A stretch of 64,000 nt of DNA, from NCBI GenBank assembly GCA_043228905.1, contig JBHGNT010000004.1:15500001-15564000 (forward strand). The letters run 5' to 3'. A program made the position numbers and the translations under genes. The notes beneath the pieces were generated by a model, which saw nothing but the letters and a program-made list of their open reading frames with translations, was not told where the DNA came from and searched no databases. This stretch comes from Azolla caroliniana (Eukaryota; Plantae; Polypodiophyta). The first letter of the stretch is position 1, and the number at the start of each line of letters is the position of its first letter. Shown here in pieces: positions 46,675 through 60,002 of the stretch.

Positions 46675-49089
46675 CCAAGACACCGAAGGATGCTTGGGGA
46701 AACTTGAAAAAGTTTTCGCCTCAAGCCCCACTGCCCGAAAGCTGCAACTCAGACAGGAGTTGAGCAATGTTCAACAGAAGAACATGTCGGTGGCAAATTG
46801 CACAGCCCGGATCAAAGGGATCTGTGAGTCGCTTGCCTCTATTAACGTCACCGTAGAGGAAGACGAGATGGTGCAGGTTTGTCTTGGAGGCCTGGCGTCC
46901 AAGTTCGGAGCTTTCCGGACTGCAGTTTGTACAAGGGAGAATACGCCCTCATTTTTTGACTTACAATCGATGCTCCTTGTAGAGGAGAACCACGCCGGTG
47001 CATCTACCAGTGCATCCCCAGACAGCCGTATGTTGTACACGGGAGCAGATCGGTCCCGCGGGCGTGGTGGACAAGGCAGGTCGGCACGCAATGGAGGCGG
47101 CCGGCAAGAGCAGGAACGAAGGCACAGTGAGCATGTCGACAACAATTCCGGGACTTCCACAAGCAGAGGGAGGCAAGGTGGTGCCGGAGGCTGGCAAGAC
47201 AAATCCGCTACGGAATGCTGGTATTGTGGCAAAAAGGGCCACAGGGAAAGCGAGTGCTGGAGAAAGCGTGCCGATTCGGACAAATCCGGATCCGGAAAGA
47301 TCGGTAAGGAAGGACGGCAAAGCTCGCACTATGCAAACGGATCGGGAGGATCCAAGAACGGTAAGGGGCCAGCCTTGGTGATGAAGCACAAGGCAAACTC
47401 AATGAAGAAGACCACTTCCAAATTGGAGGAAGTGTGGTACGTTGACTGCGGCGCATCAAACCACATGACGAGCCACAAGGAGTGGTTCTCCTTTTTGGAG
47501 AAGCCGGATCAACCGGGAGTTGTCGAAACCGGAGACGACACTCCCCAGCTGATCGTGCACGTCGGAGAAGTCCCTTTGAGCCACGTCAGACAGAGGGGGA
47601 AGCTGATGAATGTATTACATGTTCCGACGATCATGAAGAACCTGGTGTCGGTCGGACAGATCGTCGACCAAGGGATGCAGGTGCGATTTACGCACCTCGG
47701 GTGCTTCATTGAGGATGAGGGTGAAGTTATTGCGCAAGGGCGCAGAGATGGGAGGATGTTTATACTCCACACCAATGACATCGGCACCACACTGTTCGCC
47801 AAAGGACAAAAGGTTGAGTCGGATATCGACCTGTGGCACAAGCAGATCGACCACATCAACTACCGGAGGCTTCAAGACCTGCAAACTGAACAAGTCGTTT
47901 TCGGTTTGCCGAAGTTTAGCGGCCAGAGAGCCCAAATTTGTGAAGCCTACCAACTCAGGAAGCAACACCAGCTTCCATTCCCCATCGAAGCCGTAACAAG
48001 CTCGATATTATCCATTCAGATGTGTGGGGACTGGCACAAAATGTTAGCATTGGCGGGAGTCGATATTTCATCTCCTTCATCGACGACTACACGCGGCATA
48101 CATGGATCTACCTCATTGAGCGGAAGAGCGAAGTCTTCGAGTGTTTCCGGAGCCTCCAGAAGATGGTGGAACGGGAATCGGAGAGGAAGATCAAATGCCT
48201 ACGGTCGGATGGCGGAAAAGAGTACTTTTCCGGCCAATTCAACAGCTATCTGCAACAAAAAGGAATTCGGAGAGAATTGAGTTGCAGATACACATCACAA
48301 CAGAACGGTGTGGTCGAAAGGAAGAATCGGTCGCTGATTGACGCGGCTAGGACAATGCTGGAGGAAAAGAGCATGCCCAAGTTCTACTGGGGGGAGGCGG
48401 TCCAAACGGCCGTTTACATCTAGAACTAGATCGAGGACAAGGTGTCAGCTCAAGAGCTGTATTTCGGGCGCAAGCCGAATTTGAGACACCTCCGGATATT
48501 CGGCAGCATAGCCTATGTACATGTGCCAGATGAGAAGCGGAGAAAGCTGGATGCAAAATCGGAAAAATGCATCCTAGTCGGATATGCTCAAGAGCAAAAG
48601 GGGTATAAGTGTTATAACCCCCGGACGAAGCAGGTCCAAGTCAGCCGAGATGTTGAGTTTGATGAATCGGCATCGTGGTATTCTTTACCAACTCCGACTT
48701 CCGATCCCAACCCGATGTCAAAGGATGGGGCTAGTGAGCCTGAACTGGCCCAAGTAGAGAAAGATGAAGTCGAGACTCAAGATGAGAGTCCGGAATCATT
48801 CCGGTTAAGCGGACCGAATGAGAGATTGGATCAGTCCAACCAGTCGGATGATGAGACGGCGAGTAGTGGAGACTCTAGCGTGCTCTCCCCGCGCAAGGAA
48901 CCGAGGAGACGGTTCATACGCAAAGAGAAAGGGAAGCAGAAGATGCCGGAATTCGAGACCAGCAATGATGAGTCGGATCGGTGCGTATCTGACTTCGGCA
49001 AGGACATAGGAAGATCTTCGGGAACAAAGACCGAACCGGCCAAGAAGGGTCTCGTACCGAGTAACGGTGAGCTACGTCGGTCCACCCGT
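46675..49089 (+). pseudogene. Copia family A gag-PR-IN, frameshifted
   Basis: CWYCGKKGHRESEC, WYVDCGASNHM, YFISFIDDY and QQNGVVERKNR motifs. Confidence 0.92.
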
Positions 49090-52000
49090 TGTCGTGAAGG
49101 ATTTGCTTCACGATATAAAAATAAACTTGAATATTGTATTAAGTAACATTTGAGAGACTTGAACCCATAATCTCACACACCAAGGACGAAGCATATACCA
49201 TTAGGATAAGTTATTTTCTATAGTTATGCTTTTATCATGACATGTATATCTTCATACATTAGAGCTTAGATGAGCATGATGGCTATCATGCATCACATGT
49301 AAAACATGTGCGCCAAATGGCGACCATGCATCACATGCATCACATGCATTACATGCATGCCATGCACCCCCATATCATCATATGCATGAGAGAACCTATA
49401 AAGAGAGGTAAGGAATTAAGGGATGGGGGAAAAGAAAAAACAGGGTAATCAATCAATGAAGAGAAAGTTAGAGAAATAAGATAATCAAAGAAATAAATAA
49501 TAAGTTAGCTTGTTGGTGAAGAGGCTCGTGTTTCCAAGTTGGAGTCAAGGGTTCGAATCAAGAGTAGGTAGAGAAAGGGTTCATCTTGCTATCAAGCATT
49601 GTAAAGTTGGTAAAATCTTGTATTCGTAATATACATCATGTTCATATCATATACTTTAATTCCTTAAATCATACTTTGTCTCTATCTTGCTTCTTGAATC
49701 ATACATTGTCTCTATCCTTTATCTATACTTGTCTCTCTCACACACACATTACTTTAAACTCTTATTCTTTTTATCCTTAATCTTCCTAACATTTGTGCGC
49801 AAGCCTTATAAAAGTTCCTTCAACTTCCCCTTAACCTTAGTCCCTGCGACTTCGCCGCACGAACCACAACTACCCCGACACATTTGGTGAACCCGACGTG
49901 AAGGCGGCGACGAGGGAAAATGGAGGAGCAAATGAGGCTTATGTGTATGATGGTGGAATGAATGATGCGAGAGCAAGGGATGACGGCAAGCATCGACAAA
50001 GCCGTCGACAATATTCTTGCTCGAGTAGGAATCTTCGAAGGTATAAATTTAACAAAATTTCTAAAGATTTACAATGAAGAAATGCTTAAACGTGGTGTCA
50101 ACGAAGCTGCAAAAATTAATAGCTTTAGTAGAGTCGCTGCGATTGGGCTACAAGAGAGGATCCAAGAGCTCCAAAGGGAGAATCAGACATGGACAACGTT
50201 CGAAAGGGCATTACTCAATGAATACAACCTCAACGATATGTCAAGGATGACAAGGCGAGCTTTCATGGATTGGGTAGAGTCTAATAAACATTTAAGTGTT
50301 TTGGAAGTATTAAAAGAGTTTTCTGAAAGATTTGAGCAACTAAATGTTAGAGATAGAAATATAATAGTGCCAGATAAAGTAATATTGTTTCTACAAGCTA
50401 CTAATATTAAAGACAGGAGGGACTTGGGAATGCTTTTAGAAGATCAGAATAGTCCAAGTGGACTTATTGAAAATTGGGAGGAGGTGAAAAGGGCATGCGC
50501 CCATTTCTGCAAAAGAAAGCTATGGTTTATGGAGTTGCCCGACAAAAATGATGAAGAAACGGGGAACGAGTCGGGAGAAAAGAAAGTAGAAGAATCACTC
50601 TTACATGAATTGGTGAAAGGCATTAAAGACTTGTCGATCAAAGTGACGAAGCTAGAATCGGGACAAACCTCGACTTCATCAAGGCAGGGAGGTGGAATGG
50701 TCCGAAGGTGTATGTGGTGTGATAGTATCGACCACCAAAAGAAAGATTGTCAAGAGCATAGGGATGCTCTTAATCATAATAAAATCTACTATCAAGAGGG
50801 CAAGATTCACTCGACAGAGACTCGGCAACCACTTCAACTCAACTTCGGGCGAGGAGGAATGAAAAAGCTAATGGAAGATGCTGAGAGAGAAACGACTCAA
50901 GCGATACAATCCGTGGCAACCTTAGGGTTGCGCGTAGAAGACTCATATGGTGGATCTGGCTTTTGGCAAGATGTGATGGATTATGCAAGAAAAGGGAAGG
51001 TTCGAGTGGATGAATTAAAAAGAGCGGGAGATGAAATACGAAACTTCACTGGATGGAATGATCCAGTAGACGCGCTATCAACATTCGCCCAAGTGAATGC
51101 ACAAGATGTACTAGTGGAAGAGAAGCAAAAGAGAGCTCAAGAGGTTAATCTGGCAAAAAGGCATGAGACACAAGAACAAGAGAGAAGAGAGATGGAAAAA
51201 GATGCTCCTGAGTCAAAAGAAGCTGATAAAGTAAAAGGGAAGACAAACCCATCTTTCCAGCTTGCTTCAGACACAGAAGACGTGACAGATTTAAAACATG
51301 TCACGGAAGAAGTTACGAGAGTGTGTTCAGCAACACTCCAAGATCTAGATCGTGACACCATCAATGTTGCAAGTGTAAAGAAGATAAATAATATTGCAGT
51401 TCATGAAGGGGATAGGAGTCATTATACAAAGAACCATTGGGCTCAAGCAACAACAGAGGCACCTACAAAAATTGCGGAGCAACAAATTCCTTATATTTTT
51501 TTGATAGATTATGGATCAAAAATTAACATGATGTCTTTGGAATGTTATGTTAAAGGAAGGTGGCCAATCGATAAGAATCATGGGTCGAAGAAAAGAGTTG
51601 CAACAGAGATGATGGAGGATCTATTCGGAGCATGTCCTAATGTGAAAGCAACAATGGGAGATGTGTCGGTGCATGAAAATTACTATGTGCAACATAGTTC
51701 AACCTACCCTGTCATCCTTGGTCAACCATCCATCAGCGTAGTGAGTATGGAAACAAAGGATGGTGAACCATACATCAACGTAGTAAGGATGGAAACAATT
51801 GTGATTAATGATGATTCAACTTTCGTGAGGATCAAGAGTCGGGATGGAAGGAAGAGGGGCCATATCGTAACCATGACGCCTAACCATGAAAGAAACAAAG
51901 AATGCTTGAGGGGACATCCAGTTCCGAAACAGAATGAAGAGTTTTTCCAAGACTTTGGATGAACTTTGCACAACCAGTGTGCAAGTTCAGAGGGGGTGGG

Positions 52001-52782
52001 TGTCGTGAAGGATTTGCTTCACGATATAAAAATAAACTTGAATATTGTATTAAGTAACCTTTGAGAGACTTGAACCCATAATCTCACACACCAAGGACGA
52101 AGCATATACCATTAGGATAAGTTATTTTCTATAGTTATGCTTTTCTCATGACATGTGTATCTTCATACATTAGAGCTTAGATGAGCATGATGGCTATCAT
52201 GCATCACATGTAAAACATGTGCGCCAAATGGCGACCATGCATCACATGCATCACATGCATCACATGCACCCCCATATCATCATATGCATGAGAGAACCTA
52301 TAAAGAGAGGTAAGGAATTAAGGGATGGGGGAAAAGAAAAAACAGGGTAATCAATCAATGAAGAGAAAGTTAGAGAAATAAGATAATCAAAGAAATAAAT
52401 AATAAGTTAGCTTGTTGGTGAAGAGGCTCGTGTTTCCAAGTTGGAGTCAAGGGTTCGAATCAAGAGTTGGTAGAGAAAGGGTTCATCTTGCTATCAAGCA
52501 TTGTAAAGTTGGTAAAATCTTGTATTCGTAATATACATCATGTTCATATCATATACTTTAATTCCTTAAATCATACTTTGTCTCTATCTTGCTTCTTGAA
52601 TCATACATTGTCTCTATCCTTTATCTATACTTGTCTCTCTCTCACACACATTACTTTAAACTCTTATTCTTTTTATCCTTAATCTTCCTAACATTTGTGC
52701 GCAAGCCTTATAAAAGTTCCTTCAACTTCCCCTTAACCTTAGTCCCTGCGACTTCGCCGCACGAACCACAACTACCCCAACA
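49090..52782 (+). mobile_element. Non-autonomous Trp-primed Gypsy element V (TR-GAG-like, 3.7 kb)
   Basis: LTRs 49090-49880 and 52001-52782, PBS 49885-49902, PPT AGAGGGGGTGGG 51989-52000, 4-bp TSD CCGT. Confidence 0.95.
49962..51962 (+). CDS. Gag with CCHC knuckle and degenerate aspartic protease (666 aa); no RT, RH or IN
   Basis: Uninterrupted ORF filling the internal region. CMWCDSIDHQKKDC; FLIDYGSKIN...YPVILGQP. Confidence 0.88.
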   Translation: MMREQGMTASIDKAVDNILARVGIFEGINLTKFLKIYNEEMLKRGVNEAAKINSFSRVAAIGLQERIQELQRENQTWTTFERALLNEYNLNDMSRMTRRAFMDWVESNKHLSVLEVLKEFSERFEQLNVRDRNIIVPDKVILFLQATNIKDRRDLGMLLEDQNSPSGLIENWEEVKRACAHFCKRKLWFMELPDKNDEETGNESGEKKVEESLLHELVKGIKDLSIKVTKLESGQTSTSSRQGGGMVRRCMWCDSIDHQKKDCQEHRDALNHNKIYYQEGKIHSTETRQPLQLNFGRGGMKKLMEDAERETTQAIQSVATLGLRVEDSYGGSGFWQDVMDYARKGKVRVDELKRAGDEIRNFTGWNDPVDALSTFAQVNAQDVLVEEKQKRAQEVNLAKRHETQEQERREMEKDAPESKEADKVKGKTNPSFQLASDTEDVTDLKHVTEEVTRVCSATLQDLDRDTINVASVKKINNIAVHEGDRSHYTKNHWAQATTEAPTKIAEQQIPYIFLIDYGSKINMMSLECYVKGRWPIDKNHGSKKRVATEMMEDLFGACPNVKATMGDVSVHENYYVQHSSTYPVILGQPSISVVSMETKDGEPYINVVRMETIVINDDSTFVRIKSRDGRKRGHIVTMTPNHERNKECLRGHPVPKQNEEFFQDFG

Positions 52783-52786
52783 CCGT

Positions 52787-55107
52787 CAGAAGGATCCCGT
52801 TAAACGGTACGGGTATAACGAGTACATGGCGCATCATTATGCGTACATGACCAAGGTCGCGGAAGTGCGTCAGCCGGAGAGCTACGCAGAAGCGGCAAAG
52901 GACGTAAATTGGCGTGCTGCTATGGAGGAAGAAATGCGGTCACTGGATGCCAACAGAACTTGGGACCTGGTTGACCCTCCCCGTCACTGTAAACCGATCG
53001 GATGCAAGTGGGTGTACAAGGTAAAGTACAATGCCAACGGTACAGTTAACCAGTAAAAGGCCCAGTTAGTGGCGAAGGGATATGCGCAGATCCACGGAAT
53101 CGACTACGACGAGACCTTCGCTCCTGTAGCGAAGATGACGACAGTTCGTGTGGTACTGGCGGTTGTTGCGGCAAGGGGGTGGCATCTTCATCAAATGGAT
53201 GTGAAGAATGCCTTCCTTCAAGGAGATCTTGAAGAAGAAGTCTTTATGACTCAGCCCCCCGGATTTCAGTCAGAGGTGAACAAGTCGGCGGTATGCCGGC
53301 TGAGGAAGTCATTGTACGGCTTGAATCAAGCCCCCCGTGCTTGGAATGCTAAGATCACGCACCGGTTGCGAAAGATGGGATTTGGTGCCTCTAAGTCGGA
53401 CTCTTCCCTGTTCATCCGTCAAGGCTTAAACGGTCCGGTATGTATCTTACTCTATGTTGATGATTTAGTCATCACCGGCCCAGGTGTTCCGGAAATCAAC
53501 CGCGTCAAGTCCCAATTGTCGGACGCATTCGATATGAAGGACTTGGGGACCTTCATTATTTTTTGGGGATCGAGGTCATCCGCACCCCTGACGGCATATT
53601 TCTTTCTCAACGCCATTATGTGTTGAATATACTGTACAAGTTCGGCATGATGGAATGGCGACCTGTCTCCACACCCCTAGACCGGAATCAAAATATCCGT
53701 CCCAACTCCGGACCAGCCTGCGATGAGAAAAGGTTCCGACAAATAGTCGGAAGCCTGATCTACTTGACCATCACCCGACTCGACATTAGCTATCCGGCCG
53801 GAGTGGTAAGCCAATTCATGCAGAAGCCGACTGTGGAGCACCTTCAGTGCGTGCAACGAATACGGAGGTATGTAAGCGGCACTAAGGACCGGGGGCTCTT
53901 ATACCGGCAAGGTATAACCAAAGAGCTTGTCGGCTACACGGATGCCGACTGGGCTGGCGATGCAACGGATCGTCGCTCAACTTCCAGCTTTATGTTTTCT
54001 CTTGGGAGTGCGGCTATTGCGTGGAGCAGCAAAAAGCAGCCAACAGTGGCTCTATCCAGCACTGAGGCTGAATACCGAGGCGCGACCGTTGCCACCTACG
54101 AAGCCATTTGGCTTCGGCGACTACTGCAAGACCTGCAGATCGAGGTACCAACCCCGATCCTTATCTACTGCGATAACCTCAGCAGCATGCAGCTCGCCAA
54201 GAACCCTGTGTTCCATGCTCGCACAAAGCACATAGAAGTGCATTATCACTTCGTGCGTGAGCGGGTCCTAAGCGGTGAAGTTGAACTACGGTATGTTCAC
54301 ACGGATCGGCAAGTTGCCGACATCTTCACCAAACCGCTCGGGTCGGACAAGTTGCAGCACTTTACCGAAATGCTTGGTGTTCAGCATCTCGACGTGTCGC
54401 ACTTGAGGGGGAGACGCAAAGGCAAAAAAATTGTTGAACCCGTAGGTAAGAGAAGAACCGGTAGAGGTGGAGACAAGAAGAAAAATGAAGCCGAGTCAAC
54501 GAAGGAAGTCGGCACATCCGAACAGGTCGGAGTGAGCGGCTGTGAAGAAGAAGTGTACACTCAGGAAGAGAAGTGCATGCTATGCGGAGGTCATCACGAT
54601 CGTAATGGCCATGATGCGGAGTCGAATGAAGAATTCGACTTCGGTGAACCGGCTGAAGAAGCCAAGGGAAGCACAGAGAAGGCCAAGACCCGGACATGGT
54701 CCGATGTGGTGAGAGGCCTGAAACCGAAAATCGAATCGGAGGATACCAATTCGGACAAGAGCTGGAACGAGTCGGAGACAGCCGATTCGGATCAACAGAC
54801 AGATCCGGATGAGTCGGATCAACGAGAGGCCAAGGAGACATGGATGCAGCGGAAGTCGATGCCATCGCGGAGGAACCGACGGATCGGCAAGCGCCGGAGT
54901 CATAGCAGCGAAGGAGCTGAGATGGGCCTATTGAGCAAACATGCCGAAGGTCGAGGCGCACAGAACCAAAGGGGTCGCGGCAAACGGGACCGGATCGGAC
55001 AAGGAGCGCGAGCAAGGCGAAGCGACGCCAGGAGAAGTCAGTTGGAAGAGCCGGTTGCCACAAAGGTTGACACTACGACCCTACCTCAGGTTGAGCTTGA
55101 GGGGGAG

Positions 55108-55113
<6 letters not shown>
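52787..55113 (+). pseudogene. Copia family A RT-RNase H with an in-frame C-terminal extension
   Basis: ORFs 53069-53626 (LLYVDDL) and 53563-55113 (GYTDADWAG, KHIEVHYHF, ADIFTK, then about 235 aa of charged tail). Confidence 0.9.
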
Positions 55114-55577
<464 letters not shown>

Positions 55578-55632
55578 TATAGGTTGGGAGTTTCTTCTTT
55601 AGGAATGAAAGCTTTTCTTTATCCTTTGTTTG

Positions 55633-58600
55633 TATCATGGACAAGTAGACGAGTCTCAATACTTATAGAGTGAGAGAGAGATCATAGACAAGATAATAAG
55701 AAAGAGAGAGAGAAAGTAGTCAAGAGAACAAGAACTGAATTATGATTCTTTAGCTGGTGTTGTTCACCTTGACTAAGACCAAGGTGAACCCCTGTATTTA
55801 TACATGTTTATGGGCTCTAAATGTAGCCCCATGCAAAGACTCATTTTCATGCACAAGCTTCTAGAATGTTCTAGCTTCTGGAGCTTTCTTGAAGCTTCTA
55901 AAATCCTACATGTAGAATAGATCATTTACAATAATCTAGTAAGATAACATGATTATGTATTGGATGTATTGGTTAAAACATATTGCTTAACTACAGTAGG
56001 TCAAGAGTTCGAATCATGACATGACTGTTGTCATGTCCATGACATTATCCCCTTGTTAAGGCCGCCTCCGAAGATGCCTCACCAATTTTTGTGGATATTG
56101 GTGACGAAATGCATGAACAACATCCGGTGCATTCACCAAGTGTTGGGTTGGTTCCCAAGTTGCCTCTGAAATGGGATACCCTTTCCATAGGATTAAGTAT
56201 TGAAGTTGGCATCGATTGAGAGTCCAAAATCTTGTCCACCTCATACTTGTGTCTTCCAGGAATAGTGGATGGATGATAAGGTTTGAGAAGAGAGGCATGG
56301 AAGACATTATGAATCTAGAAATGTGGAGGAAGTTCGAGCCGGAAAGTTACGGGATTGACACACTCAATGATGCGGGAAGGCCCCAACTTCTTGTAATCCA
56401 ACTTTCCACAAGGTCGAGTAGTATCGACATGGCGACGTAAGAGCCAAACTTGATCACCAACTGCAAAGGCGGGTGTAGCGGAACGATGTCGATCAGCTTG
56501 CGCTTTATACCATTCCATTGCAAGGATGAGTTCGAGGGAGAGATCTTGATGAATGTCGGCTAAAATACGAGCATGTCCTTCCGTTGACGGGTTGACAGAG
56601 TTGCCAGGGATGGAAATACTAAAGCGAGGATGGAAACCATAGTTGGCAAAAAATGGTGTGACCCCAGTTGAACCATGTAGCGTATTATTATATGTGAACT
56701 CTACCAAGGGTAGGAGGTCAACCCAATCATCTTGCTACTAGTAGCTAAGTGAGCATCGAAGGTATTGCTCAAGAATTTGGTTCACCCACTTCATTTGGCC
56801 ATCGGTTTGAAGATGATAGGACGAAAACAAATTCACTATTGTGCCCAATGTTTGAAGGAGCCACCGCCAAAAAGGAGAGACAAATTGGGTTCCACGATCT
56901 GAGGTGACATCATCTGGGACCCCATGAAGCTGCACCACACTCTTTAAAAATAGATCGGTTGTTGCTTCTGCTGAAATAGTCTTTGCACAAGGGGCAAAAT
57001 GAGCCATCTTTGTAAACCGATCTACCATGACGAGCATTGTGTCATATTCGTGGACAAGAGGCAAGTCAGTGATGAAATCCATGGAAATTGATGCCCGAGG
57101 CTAGTTGGGAATGGGAAGTGGTTGGAGCAACCCATATGGCCTATGGTGGACGACTTTGGATGTAACACAAGTATCACATGTCCTGATGAATTCCTTGATG
57201 AACTTCCATGGTTTAGGCCACCAATATCCTTGTGAGATTAATTCGAGTGTCTTTGTAACGCGAAAATGACCAGCCAAGGGGGGTCATTGTGACACTTTTG
57301 GAGAACTTGAGTTCGACATCGACCCTCTGAGAGTTGGTCTCGGTAAAGCAATCCCCCCTCGAATCTGAAGCGGTCAAGGTTTTCCTTGGTCTTGGATTTA
57401 GACGGATCAATAAGACCTTCCTTAATTGCATTGGCGAATTTGTCGATGGGAAGTGCTTTGTCTATCTCCTCAAGCAAAGAGTCGTCATGGAGCATGCATG
57501 TGGCGAAGAGCTGGAATTGATCTGGTTTAAGCAAACATTGAGATTGTTAAGCTTAGGCATCATCCCTTGGGCTCAACTCAAAATCTGATCGTTGTGAAAG
57601 AGCATCAGTATTCATGTTTTGTGCTCCCGGCCGAAAAACAATTTCAAAGTCATAGTCGGATAAGAAAGTTGAACAACGGGCCTACCGCCAATTCAAAGTA
57701 CGGGTTGTTGAGAAATACAATAATTTTTTATGATCTATTAATACCTGAACCCGATGTTGCACCCCAGCCAACTAAGGTCTCCACTCCGTGAAAGCAGCCA
57801 CTATAGCCGCGAGCTCCTTGTTGTAGATGGGATAGTTGATTTCTTGAGTTGTGAATTTTCGGGAGTAGTACTCCACCGGATGTAGGATGCCATCATCATC
57901 AGGTTGGGATAAGATGGCACCAATGGCAAAGTCAGAGGCATTTGTTTCAACTTGAAAAGGCTTAGTAGGGTCGACGTGAAGGAGGACTAGAGCCCGGGTA
58001 AAAACTTCCTTGAGTAGGTCGAAGGCATGTTGAGTAGATGGAGTCCATTGAAACGACATCCCTTTACGAATAAGCTCAATCAAGGGTTGGGCTATGATGG
58101 AGAACCCCTTGATAAATCGTCGATAGAAATTTGCGAAACCAAGGAACAACTAGACATCCTTTACTCGTTTTGGAGTGGCCCATTCTGGAAGTGTCTTGAT
58201 TTTCCTTGGATCCATGGTGCTGCCCTGGGGGGAGATAACATAACCAAGAAATTCCATGGAATTGCAATCAAACTCACATTTTTCTCTCTTGGCATAGAGG
58301 CCATGCTCCCTAAGTTTCGAGAGAATCAATCAAATGTGGTGAGTATGCTCTTCAATACTCGACGAGAAGACAAGAATTTCATCAAGGTAGATAACGACAA
58401 TGTGATCGAGATATTCTCGAAATATGTCATTCATCATATATTGAAAAATAGATGGGGCATTGGTGAGTCCAAAAGGCATTACCTTGTACTCGAAGTGCCC
58501 GTATCACGTACGAAATGTCGTCTTCCATTCATCAACAGGTTTAATCCGAACCAAGTTGTATGCTCCCCACAAATCAATCTTGGAGAATACTTGTGCACAA

Positions 58601-59392
58601 CGAAGGCGATCGAGGAGCTCTGGGATGAGAGGTAAAGGGTATCGATTACGTATCGTGATTTTATTGAGGCCACGGTAATCCACACATAGACGCAACGATC
58701 CATCCTTTTTCTTCACAAACAAGATGGGGGCCCTAGCTAGTGTCTTAAACGGTTGGATGAGGCCCTGAATCTCCAAATTTTCATCGAGATATGTGCGAAG
58801 TGCGTTTAGTTCTAGTTCAGAGAGACCATAGATGGGCCCAAAGGGTGGAGATGTGCCCTCCTGTAGATCGATCGGACAATCATATGGTCGATGCTTCGGT
58901 AAGTGGTTTGCATTCTTCTTCTCGAACACATCAACAAAGTCACCATATTTAGATGGAAACGAGTCCAGATTGGCTTTCATAGGAACCAAAGCTAGGGTAC
59001 TCGACTCTAAGTCACTACCCATTGAGATGGAGTGCATTGTGACTAGGGCATGAGCATCCGAGTGCATTGGTCCGAGTTGAATGGAGAAGTGCTCGACAGA
59101 AATTTATTCGGGCCTTTCTGACATAGCGACATTGGAAGTTGCTCCAACCTCCATGTGAGTTTGCGGTTGAAAAGTAAGTGAGGGGTTGTGCCAATCTATA
59201 ACATGGTTATTCATTTTCAATCAAGACAACCCAAGTATGATTGGATGCCGTGGTGAAGTGATGAGGTAAAATGATAAGGCTTCCTGATGGGTCCCAAGCT
59301 ACAAAATGAGGGGGACCGTGGCTTTGGTGATTGCGCCAGAGGAGAGCATTCTCCCATCGATAGCTTCGACTGGGATAGGCTTGGATAACCGG
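55633..59392 (-). mobile_element. Tcn1/Tf1-like chromovirus relic: PR-RT-RH-IN-chromodomain and 3' LTR 55633-56044
   Basis: ORFs 58504-59067, 57772-58149, 56738-57082 and 56315-56707. KILDS...WEP chromodomain remnants. PPT AAGGGGATAA. LTR terminal repeats T(G/A)TCATGGACA. Confidence 0.9.
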
Positions 59393-59680
59393 TGTCGCGG
59401 ATATCTGCACTTGCATGTCGGATCCGGGCGGGACCACCAGGGTCATGGACCAGGAGGGAAGGAGTTGTCGAGGACCCGAATCTTTCGGAGCTTGCCGCGT
59501 TGCCGACCGGTTCGATCCCGGATACTCTCCGAACGCAATTGGTAACCGCACGAGAAGCGAGAGAGCGCACCCTCATCCTTGCCGCCCCTTTGGCCCGTAT
59601 GTACAAGGGGCCCAAAAGAGGCACGAGACGCGGCCCGGTTAACCGCGCCCGCACACACGCACACAAATTTGAGGCCGACA
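59393..59680 (-). mobile_element. Truncated LTR of the Trp-primed group
   Basis: TGTCGCG...GGCGGGACCACCAGGGTCATGGACCAGG resembles the W and 2958 LTR ends. Adjacent host 4-mer CCGG. Right boundary approximate. Confidence 0.7.
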
Positions 59681-60002
59681 TTAATGTTTTATAAATTTCA
59701 GGGAGAGATTGACCATCACATGAAAAGCCTCTTCAAAGCTATATATGTATGTACATATATGTGCCTATCTATCTATCTATCTACACATGTATGGATACAT
59801 GAGAGTGACAGTGTGTGTTTTATTACTTCGATGTTTTCTTCCCTCAAATAGAACCCCATATTTTGAACAAAGAATCCGTTATCAGTCGTTCCTGGGCATT
59901 TCAGGCAATGTAACCCTTCTTGGGTCTCTGAAGAGACTTAGCAAGAATAAGATTTGTTTAATCTAAATTTCACATGGAAAATGTTTTTGCTAAACGAGGA
60001 GA

